A program made the position numbers and the translations under genes. The notes below the pieces were generated by a model. The model searched no databases. It saw only the letters and a program-made list of their open reading frames with translations, and was not told the DNA's origin. From Hydrurus foetidus (Eukaryota): 64,000 bases of DNA. The first letter of the stretch is position 1. Each line of letters starts with the position of its first letter. The stretch is taken from the NCBI GenBank assembly GCA_900617105.1, contig UYFQ01000004.1, positions 186,001 through 250,000 on the forward strand, in the 5' to 3' direction. Positions 19,980-29,267 of this stretch are shown one piece after another.

Positions 19980-19995
19980 CGGCAAGCTTGCCGCA
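19980..19995. promoter_or_regulatory. Palindrome CGGCAAGCTTGCCG(CA) upstream of the adaptation module
   Basis: Identical 16-mer to 5716; 52 bp before cas2 ATG 20032. Confidence 0.6.
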
Positions 19996-20031
19996 CCCCA
20001 CAAAAATCACCACCGCGCCAACAATGGGCGC

Positions 20032-20316
20032 ATGCCCCACCGCGACCTGCACCTTGCCTGCTACGACGTTGCCGAACCCCGGCGACTCAGTGCCGCCCTG
20101 AAGCTGGCCAGGCGCTACGCCACCGGCGGGCAAAAGTCGGCGCATGAGTTGTTTTTAACCCCCGCCGAGCGCGACACGCTGGTGGCCGACATGCGGGCCC
20201 TGCTCGATGCGGCTACCGACCGATTCCTATTGCTGCGCCTAGACCCGCGCAGCAAACTATTTGCGCTGGGCAAAGCCATAGCACCGGCCGACCCGGACTA
20301 CTTTTACGTGGGATAA
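20032..20316 (+). CDS. cas2: Cas2, first copy (divergent)
   Basis: LACYDVAEPRRL, GGQKSAHE; 94 aa. Confidence 0.88.
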   Translation: MPHRDLHLACYDVAEPRRLSAALKLARRYATGGQKSAHELFLTPAERDTLVADMRALLDAATDRFLLLRLDPRSKLFALGKAIAPADPDYFYVG

Positions 20317-20329
20317 AGGAAAGAACACC

Positions 20330-21355
20330 ATGGGACTCCTACTGTTAGACCGCGCCCAGCTAGAGGTGAAATCCGAGGGCGAAACCCTTGCCCTGTATGA
20401 AGCGGGGGAGCGCCGGGGCACCGTGCCACTCAAGCTGATAGACCGCTGCGTCATCCACGGCGGCCAGACCCGGCTGGACAGTGGCGTACTCATCAAACTG
20501 GCCGACGCCGGTGCCACCACGGTGCTGATGAGCCCGCGCCACCCCCGGCGCGTGGCCATTGTGCTGGGGCCGCAGCACAACGACGCTGCCGTGCGCCTAG
20601 CCCAAGCCCTGCGCGTAACAGACGATGCCTGGTGCCGCCCCTGGGCGCTGGGCGTGGTGCGCGCCAAACTGGCCCGCCAAAGCCGTACCCTACGTGTGCT
20701 GCAAACCCTGCGGACCGATGCGCGCAAGCCCACCTTTGACGCACTGCAAACGCTGGGCACCATCCGCACCACGCTAGACGGCTACGCCATGCCCGACCAC
20801 ACCATTCCCAACCGCGTAATACCCGGCCTGGACGTGCTGCGCGGCCATGAAGGCGCAGCCGCCCGAGCCTACTTTGGCGGCTTGGCCGGGGTGATGCCCC
20901 CAGCTCTCCAGTTCAGCGGTCGTAACCGGCGCCCACCGCGTGACCCGGTCAACGCCTGCCTGTCACTGGGCTACACCCTGCTGCATGCCCAAGCCGTGCA
21001 AGCCTGCGGCGTGGCCGGACTGGACCCGCTGCTGGGCTTTTACCACCGCCCCGCCTTTGGCCGCGAAAGCCTGGCCAGCGATTTAATCGAAGCCTTGCGC
21101 CCCGCAGTAGACCTGTGGGTGTGGGAGCTGCTGCGCAGCCGCACCCTGTGCGAAGACCACTTCAACACCGCGCCCGAAGGGAGCGCTTGTCTACTGGGCA
21201 AAGCGGGCCGCGGTGTTTTTTATGCCAGCTGGAGCGAACACTCCAAACCCTGGCAACGCTGGCTGCGCGCCCAAGCACAAGCACTGGCACGCGATCTGCG
21301 CGGCACCGGCATGCACTGGATGGCCCCCAACGATGAGGATGACGAACCGTGCTAA
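20330..21355 (+). CDS. cas1: Cas1 integrase, catalytic residues intact, no RT fusion
   Basis: LRGHEGAAARAYF, RNRRPPRDPVNACLSLGY, GFYHRP, LASDLIEALRP. Confidence 0.96.
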   Translation: MGLLLLDRAQLEVKSEGETLALYEAGERRGTVPLKLIDRCVIHGGQTRLDSGVLIKLADAGATTVLMSPRHPRRVAIVLGPQHNDAAVRLAQALRVTDDAWCRPWALGVVRAKLARQSRTLRVLQTLRTDARKPTFDALQTLGTIRTTLDGYAMPDHTIPNRVIPGLDVLRGHEGAAARAYFGGLAGVMPPALQFSGRNRRPPRDPVNACLSLGYTLLHAQAVQACGVAGLDPLLGFYHRPAFGRESLASDLIEALRPAVDLWVWELLRSRTLCEDHFNTAPEGSACLLGKAGRGVFYASWSEHSKPWQRWLRAQAQALARDLRGTGMHWMAPNDEDDEPC

Positions 21356-22134
21356 GCACTGCACAGCATCCACCAGCCAGCGCCCCCGGCCCCGGTGCCC
21401 GCGCGCTGTACTTAGGCACTCGCGACAAAAAACACGTGGGCTGCACCGCAGAAGCCCTGGTGGTGCGCAACGAGCGTACGCAAACCATGCGCTACCCGCT
21501 GGTGCGCGTGGCCCGGGTGGTAAGCAGCACTGTGGTGGACTGGAGCGGTGCAGCACTGGCCCTGTGCCTGCAACACGGCATCGGCATCAGCTGGGTCAAC
21601 GCACGCGGCGAAACCCTGGGCACCTGCTACCCCCAGCAGCGCCAGAACCCGGCATTTGTCAACGCACTGGAACTGTTGCTTGAAACCCCACAAGGCCCCG
21701 AGCGCTACCAGCAATGGCTGCGCGCCCGCCGTATGGACGTGCTGATGCGCTGGGGCCAGGCGCAGACCAGTACCATCAGCCCCACGGTGTGGGAGACCAC
21801 CAAGCGTGAATGGGTCTATGCCCGGCAGTTTCGCCAGCACCTGCCTGCCGCACTGCGCAGTCACTTGTTGGCCTACATCGGTGCCCAGCTAGCCGCGCAC
21901 GGTGCGCCGCCCCTGCTATGGGATGTAGAAACAAACCCAATCGACCTCGACACCGACCTGTGCGAGCTGCTATGGGCTGAAATGAACCTGTGTACCGGTG
22001 ACCTGGCAGATGCCACGACCACCGACAAAGAAACCATAGCCCTCTTTGAACGTTGGATCTCCCGCAACGGCGCAGCCCTGGTGCTGCACCTGAACAGCCT
22101 ATACCGCACCGCCATGAAAGCCACCAAAGAATGA
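21349..22134 (+). CDS. Degenerate Cas1 paralogue (Cas1-like N-terminal beta domain, eroded catalytic domain)
   Basis: LYL...EALVVR...RYPLVRVARVV..VDWSGAALALCLQHGIGISWVNARGETLG matches Cas1 N-termini; DLDTDLCELL echoes LASDLIE; no EG, N..LS..Y or G..H motifs. Overlaps both neighbours. Confidence 0.7.
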   Translation: MLSTAQHPPASAPGPGARALYLGTRDKKHVGCTAEALVVRNERTQTMRYPLVRVARVVSSTVVDWSGAALALCLQHGIGISWVNARGETLGTCYPQQRQNPAFVNALELLLETPQGPERYQQWLRARRMDVLMRWGQAQTSTISPTVWETTKREWVYARQFRQHLPAALRSHLLAYIGAQLAAHGAPPLLWDVETNPIDLDTDLCELLWAEMNLCTGDLADATTTDKETIALFERWISRNGAALVLHLNSLYRTAMKATKE

Positions 22135-22412
22135 GCCTGCACCAAACCGCACCGTGGTTGGTGACCTACGACATAGCGCACCCGCGCCGCCTCGCCCGGG
22201 TGTTCAAACATCTCAAAAAAGAAGGCATCCCCATGCAGTATTCCGTGTTTGCCGTGGATGCCAGCAACGCCAAAATGGGCGCCCTCATGGCCCATTTAGC
22301 CACCCTGATCGACGCACGCGAAGACGATGTACGCGCCTACCGCCTGCCCGAAAACGGCTGGCGCGCCACACTGGGCGACGCCATGCTGCCCGAAGACCTG
22401 TGGTTGGCATAA
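22131..22412 (+). CDS. cas2: Cas2, second copy
   Basis: WLVTYDIAHPRRLARV, MQYSVF, EDDVRAY. Confidence 0.93.
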   Translation: MSLHQTAPWLVTYDIAHPRRLARVFKHLKKEGIPMQYSVFAVDASNAKMGALMAHLATLIDAREDDVRAYRLPENGWRATLGDAMLPEDLWLA

Positions 22413-22546
22413 GCGAAGCAGAACACTGTGCGAAGATGCCCGTGCGCTGACCAATAGTGGACTTAGAGCATAGGTTTTGAAAACTGAAAAATTTCCCCAA
22501 ACACCTCTGCAAGTGCTTGTCGGAATTGAAGTTTTTGATATCTGGA
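22413..22546 (+). promoter_or_regulatory. CRISPR leader
   Basis: AT-rich non-coding stretch between cas2 and the first repeat; repeat variants occur only at the far end of the array. Confidence 0.8.
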
Positions 22547-25500
22547 CTGATATTGATTGCCCTGATTCAAAAGGGATTAAGACATCACGGGCGAGGGCTT
22601 GAATACTTGCCACACCTGATATTGATTGCCCTGATTCAAAAGGGATTAAGACAAGGGATCAACACACGGTCCGGCTCTGCACCAGCTGATATTGATTGCC
22701 CTGATTCAAAAGGGATTAAGACTGGTTACGCGCTTGCATTTTCCATCGAAGTTTTCTGATATTGATTGCCCTGATTCAAAAGGGATTAAGACATACTGGA
22801 TGCCCCCCTCAAACCAGGTAAAAAGCTGATATTGATTGCCCTGATTCAAAAGGGATTAAGACGCTCGAATGTACTTCACGTCATCAATTGTCAACTGATA
22901 TTGATTGCCCTGATTCAAAAGGGATTAAGACTGAACTACAGGCTGCAGCGCCTGATCTCTCCACTGATATTGATTGCCCTGATTCAAAAGGGATTAAGAC
23001 CATGGTGCGTGGGTGCTTGCGAGTGTTCATACTGATATTGATTGCCCTGATTCAAAAGGGATTAAGACACGGGATCGAAGTTGACCGGATGCATGAACCC
23101 CTGATATTGATTGCCCTGATTCAAAAGGGATTAAGACTTGCCAGTCACTGCTATTCAGCGGATATTTTCTGATATTGATTGCCCTGATTCAAAAGGGATT
23201 AAGACGTTGTCAATCCACGGCCCGGCTCTGCACCAGCTGATATTGATTGCCCTGATTCAAAAGGGATTAAGACTACCGTTGCTTTCTTGCCAGTCTACAA
23301 CAGCCTGATATTGATTGCCCTGATTCAAAAGGGATTAAGACACTTTCAAACGCAGGGTGCGCGCACTCACTATCTGATATTGATTGCCCTGATTCAAAAG
23401 GGATTAAGACCAAGGAAGATCAGGCAGTTAGCAGCATTCATTCTGATATTGATTGCCCTGATTCAAAAGGGATTAAGACTAGCCAGCGCACCTCCCTGTG
23501 CCTTGGCCCCTGATATTGATTGCCCTGATTCAAAAGGGATTAAGACAGCACTTCAAAGGAGTTAAACGAATATCCGGCTGATATTGATTGCCCTGATTCA
23601 AAAGGGATTAAGACTGTGCCTTGGCCCCGTTTGTGGGGGCCTTTGCCCTGATATTGATTGCCCTGATTCAAAAGGGATTAAGACAAAGTTTGCCTTGTTC
23701 CTTTTCCTCTGCTACCTGATATTGATTGCCCTGATTCAAAAGGGATTAAGACGGCCATGATTGCCACAACAAAAACGGCAAGCTGATATTGATTGCCCTG
23801 ATTCAAAAGGGATTAAGACCTAAGCTGGCCTGTTGTTTTGATTTCTCCGCTGCTGATATTGATTGCCCTGATTCAAAAGGGATTAAGACTCAATGGTTAC
23901 GGTCATTTCTTCCAAGTCACCCTGATATTGATTGCCCTGATTCAAAAGGGATTAAGACTCAATATTCGGTGTAGTCATGCAGCTCCTTTCTGATATTGAT
24001 TGCCCTGATTCAAAAGGGATTAAGACGCGCATCGCCATAGACCCACGCATCGCCATACTGATATTGATTGCCCTGATTCAAAAGGGATTAAGACCAAAAT
24101 TCACCTTGAGTTGCGGCGTCTTGCCTGATATTGATTGCCCTGATTCAAAAGGGATTAAGACTGGACCCGGCCAACGTACACAAAACCACGGTCGCTGATA
24201 TTGATTGCCCTGATTCAAAAGGGATTAAGACAATACGCCCCGATGTAGTCGGGATTTATAAGACTGATATTGATTGCCCTGATTCAAAAGGGATTAAGAC
24301 CAATTGAAAGAACGGCCCGGGGCGGCGTGAGAGCTGATATTGATTGCCCTGATTCAAAAGGGATTAAGACATTCCATAATCATGGTTTTGCCTGCAATAC
24401 CTACCTGATATTGATTGCCCTGATTCAAAAGGGATTAAGACTTGCAGCATTGCGCATGGTGTCGGCGTAGTCGCTGATATTGATTGCCCTGATTCAAAAG
24501 GGATTAAGACAGCCCCCCACCGGGCACTGGCATCCAATATTCCTGATATTGATTGCCCTGATTCAAAAGGGATTAAGACCTGGGTCTTGGTTGCGTCCTT
24601 GGCACTGGTAACTGATATTGATTGCCCTGATTCAAAAGGGATTAAGACATGGACCAAAATGGCATAGGTCTAATCCTTTCTGATATTGATTGCCCTGATT
24701 CAAAAGGGATTAAGACGTTCAGGCAACACATGTTACACAAGCTCGTATCTGATATTGATTGCCCTGATTCAAAAGGGATTAAGACACATTAGGTGTTCGC
24801 AGCATTCACGATCAATCACTGATATTGATTGCCCTGATTCAAAAGGGATTAAGACTCTTTGGTGTAGCTGTCTCCATTACCGCAGACTGATATTGATTGC
24901 CCTGATTCAAAAGGGATTAAGACGAGTGCCTCAGCGGGTGCGAGTGCGTTGTTTTCTGATATTGATTGCCCTGATTCAAAAGGGATTAAGACTCATGGCG
25001 CGGCTCCCTTAAACGCCAAGGGCGCCTGATATTGATTGCCCTGATTCAAAAGGGATTAAGACCGCGGAGAGCATCCATTTCTACGCCGTGAACCTGATAT
25101 TGATTGCCCTGATTCAAAAGGGATTAAGACCCGCCTTGGCCTGGGGTGTGCGGGTGTAAAACTGATATTGATTGCCCTGATTCAAAAGGGATTAAGACGC
25201 ATCCAATATTCTACATACTGGATGCCCCCTGATATTGATTGCCCTGATTCAAAAGGGATTAAGACAGTGAAACTCAAACTGGCCGCCAAATGTGTGCCTG
25301 ATATTGATTGCCCTGATTCAAAAGGGATTAAGACTCAGAATACAAAGATTCTGAGATATTTTTTGCCTGATATTGATTGCCCTGATTCAAAAGGGATTAA
25401 GACGCCCTCGTATTTCTTAGTGTCAGGAACGGAATCTGATATTGATTGCCCTGATTCAAAAGGGATTAAGACAATTTGAGTAATCTGGAGCATTTTTGTT

Positions 25501-28065
25501 TAGCTGATATTGATTGCCCTGATTCAAAAGGGATTAAGACATTCCATCTGTTCTATAAGATATTCTTTCAACTGATATTGATTGCCCTGATTCAAAAGGG
25601 ATTAAGACTCGGGAATGCCTCGTTCAAAGAACGCGGATACTGATATTGATTGCCCTGATTCAAAAGGGATTAAGACACCCACCAGAGCAAAGGATAATCT
25701 GTAGGGTCTGATATTGATTGCCCTGATTCAAAAGGGATTAAGACGAACGATAAACATGGTTTGTGGTATTTCGTTTGCTGATATTGATTGCCCTGATTCA
25801 AAAGGGATTAAGACCAACAAGCTGGGTAAACACCGCATCAGCCACCTGATATTGATTGCCCTGATTCAAAAGGGATTAAGACCCAGTTGGCCTTGGGTTG
25901 ATGCAGCGTCGGCCTGATATTGATTGCCCTGATTCAAAAGGGATTAAGACAAGAATGATGGTGCGGATTTCAGGGCGTATGCTGATATTGATTGCCCTGA
26001 TTCAAAAGGGATTAAGACAATTTAATACTCGTATAGTCTAGTTCATCCTCTGATATTGATTGCCCTGATTCAAAAGGGATTAAGACCTTCACCAAGACAA
26101 GTACCAAGGTGTCGTCGCTGATATTGATTGCCCTGATTCAAAAGGGATTAAGACGAAGACACAATCAATCTCAGCAAAGCCGTGGCTGATATTGATTGCC
26201 CTGATTCAAAAGGGATTAAGACTGGGCTTTAAGTTGTTCGCGGCGGGCGATGCCTGATATTGATTGCCCTGATTCAAAAGGGATTAAGACAGCCCCACAC
26301 ATCTAATTCAGGGTGTTTGTAACTGATATTGATTGCCCTGATTCAAAAGGGATTAAGACGAAAATAAGGCCGCTAGCCATCGTGCCAGTTTTCTGATATT
26401 GATTGCCCTGATTCAAAAGGGATTAAGACGCCGGGTGATCTCGGCCTCGGTTTGGGCGTTATCTGATATTGATTGCCCTGATTCAAAAGGGATTAAGACA
26501 GCGCTTCGGCGGTCACTTTAGAATCAGCATTACTGATATTGATTGCCCTGATTCAAAAGGGATTAAGACTCATATGGCTTCGATGTTTTTGCGTCGTAAA
26601 CTGATATTGATTGCCCTGATTCAAAAGGGATTAAGACACGCACGGCAGCTGCTCGAACGAGGTCCTCCCTGATATTGATTGCCCTGATTCAAAAGGGATT
26701 AAGACGACTTACCCACAAGGGCTTCGACGGTGATAGGCTGATATTAATTGCCCTGATTCAAAAGGGATTAAGACTACACTGACAGTTTCATATAATTGGG
26801 ACAATTCTGATATTGATTGCCCTGATTCAAAAGGGATTAAGACCCAATTTATTCTGCACCATTTGGAAGTAATCTGATATTGATTGCCCTGATTCAAAAG
26901 GGATTAAGACCCGGTTTCCGGCCATATTACGGTGTAGTAGCCTGATATTGATTGCCCTGATTCAAAAGGGATTAAGACGTCTTGGTAACAGTCACCGAAT
27001 AGCCAGAACTCTGATATTGATTGCCCTGATTCAAAAGGGATTAAGACGAACCCGACTGGCAGGTCACGCGCTGGCTTCCCTGATATTGATTGCCCTGATT
27101 CAAAAGGGATTAAGACATGAAGATTAGATGTAATCAGCTTACTCAGATCTGATATTGATTGCCCTGATTCAAAAGGGATTAAGACTATGGCGGCCGTGTT
27201 GTCGGTGACGGTGTTACTGATATTGATTGCCCTGATTCAAAAGGGATTAAGACACACGTACACTACGCACGCCGCGCCCGTCATACTGATATTGATTGCC
27301 CTGATTCAAAAGGGATTAAGACATTGGTGCACAGCACTTCAAAAGAATTAAACGCTGATATTGATTGCCCTGATTCAAAAGGGATTAAGACGACAAAACG
27401 CGGGGGAGAATGCAAAGCCCATGCCTGATATTGATTGCCCTGATTCAAAAGGGATTAAGACACACGGCCCACGTACACGAAACCACGGTCAACTGATATT
27501 GATTGCCCTGATTCAAAAGGGATTAAGACCGGGTTTTTGTTGCGCCTTTAAGGGCTTCGCGCTGATATTGATTGCCCTGATTCAAAAGGGATTAAGACGG
27601 TTAGCACGTCGATAATTGCCCCCGCCACATCTGATATTGATTGCCCTGATTCAAAAGGGATTAAGACCGGGGGCAAGACTTGAATGCGCTCAGGGTCGAC
27701 TGATATTGATTGCCCTAATTCAAAAGGGATTAAGACTTTCCAGCATGCGGGCCAGTGCTGGCAGGGACTGATATTGATTGCCCTGATTCAAAAGGGATTA
27801 AGACGCGTTACGACGATGGGGTTGGTGGATAGGGACTGATATTGATTGCCCTGATTCAAAAGGGATTAAGACCCAAGGGCGCGCACGATAGGGCGGCTGA
27901 TAGCCTGATATTGATTACCCTGATTCAAAAGGGATTAAGACAGCGTTGGCAAGTCGTCTATCACCAGCATTTCCTGATATTGATTGCCCTGATTCAAAAG
28001 GGATTAAGACGCCCCAATTTGTTGTCCCCTGTGCGAGGGTCGCTGATATTGATTGCCCTGATTCA
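22547..28065 (+). CRISPR. CRISPR array: 80 full 37-bp repeats plus one 23-bp truncated terminal repeat, 80 spacers of ~30-34 bp
   Basis: Repeat CTGATATTGATTGCCCTGATTCAAAAGGGATTAAGAC (CCCT/AGGG stem, 3' ATTAAGAC tag); counted by hand; three single-base repeat variants near 26740, 27700 and 27905. Confidence 0.99.
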
Positions 28066-29077
28066 GACCATCCTTAGACGCCAGCGAATTGGTCAGCACC
28101 CGTATCTGCACACCGCGCCGGCGCAGGTCGGCAAAGGCCTTGAGCATGCGCTTGCCCGGAACAAAGTAGGGCGACACGATGAGCAGCGTACCCAGGGCGG
28201 AGGGTGCCCAGGTCCAGGTCAGCAGGCGCAAGTCGGTGGTGCCCGGCAGGGTGACGGGTACGGTCACCACGTCCGAAGTGACGCCTGGCGCTTGCGCGGG
28301 CTTGAGGGCGTCAATCTCGCGCACCGTCATCAGCGACTCCACGGGGTAGGCCAGCGGGTTGTTCCAGTACAGGTCAAAACTGCGGGACAGCTCGCGCACG
28401 ATGCGACCCGCCGCCAGCACGTCGATGTCCACAAAGTTGGAGTCCTGGCCCTGGCCAAAATAGGTTTCGCCCAGATTGCGTCCGCCCGTGATGGCCACCG
28501 CGTTGTCGGCCACCAGTATCTTGTTGTGCATGCGCCGCTGCATGCGCGCTGCGTCCTTGAGATTGCTCAGCACCCGCCCCACCATGGAACCGCGCCCACC
28601 CGGCAGCGGGTTGAACAGACGCAATTCAATGTTGCGCTCAAACGCCAGCTTGAGCACCTGCGCGTTCTTGCCCGAGGTGTTGAAGTCGTCCAGCAGGATG
28701 CGGATGCGCACCCCCCGGCCCGCTGCGTCGCGCAGCGCGTCAAACATGCGCTCGGTGGTCTCGTCGGCAAAGATGGCGTAGTACTGCAGGTCCAGCGTCT
28801 TTTGCGCCGCCTGTATCAGCGCCATGCGGCTGCTGAAGGCCAGCGCGGCATCTCCCACCAGCGCAAAGCCCGAGTCGTTGCGCGTGCCTGCCTGCTGGGC
28901 CCGCGCTGCCACCGCCGCGCCTAACGCCGTCTGAGCAGGATCGGCCAGCGCGGCCGAGACCGGCCGGTCTACCGCGCTGGGCAGCGACGCACACCCGGTG
29001 AGCACCGCGCACAGCAGGCACCCGGCCAGCCGCTTGCGCGCTAAGACCAAGGAAGGGTGAAGGCGCAGGAACGGCAT
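28066..29077 (-). pseudogene. Truncated phospholipase D / cardiolipin synthase (ClsC-like) lipoprotein gene
   Basis: Lipobox LTGC, DLQYY, first HKD (RRMHNKILVAD..ITGGRN), SPYFVPG, VLTNSLAS; the frame then runs into the CRISPR repeat. No second HKD; apparent internal deletion before GTLLIVSPYF. Confidence 0.85.
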
Positions 29078-29151
29078 GGTGCAGACCACGGTAGCGGAAA
29101 GCTTGGCAAACCGCGTGCGACGCCGCACCATCCCGCCAATTATGATAAAAA

Positions 29152-29202
29152 TAGGCCTCTAGCCCCCGTCGATGTTGCGCGAGCAGCTATATTTTTCGTA
29201 GC
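29152..29202 (+). repeat. REP-like repeat, copy C
   Basis: TAGGCCTCTAGCCCCCGTCGATGTTGCGCGAGCAGCTATATTTTTCGTAGC. Confidence 0.85.
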
Positions 29203-29267
29203 AATCTGCCAGCACTCTCGGCTGGCTGCTACGAAGCCTTTGACCCTTTTCTTGTTGTCTGAATCCC

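Noticed and set aside
20330..21355. RT-Cas1 or Cas4-Cas1 fusion explaining spacer strand bias
   Set aside because: Cas1 is 341 aa with no YADD or Cas4 cysteine motifs; none elsewhere in the window.
22508..22523. TGCAAGTGCTTGTCGG in the leader resembling the cas palindrome
   Set aside because: Has a 2-bp insertion in the centre; more likely an ordinary leader motif.
23138..23304. Spacers 9 and 11 share TTGCCAGTC
   Set aside because: Only 9 nt, and the sequences diverge immediately afterwards.
22547..28065. Self-targeting spacers
   Set aside because: No match to the rest of the window noticed by eye; not an exhaustive search.
22517..28924. Many ORFs containing LILIALIQKGLR or DIDCPDSKGIKT
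   Set aside because: They are translations of the CRISPR repeat.
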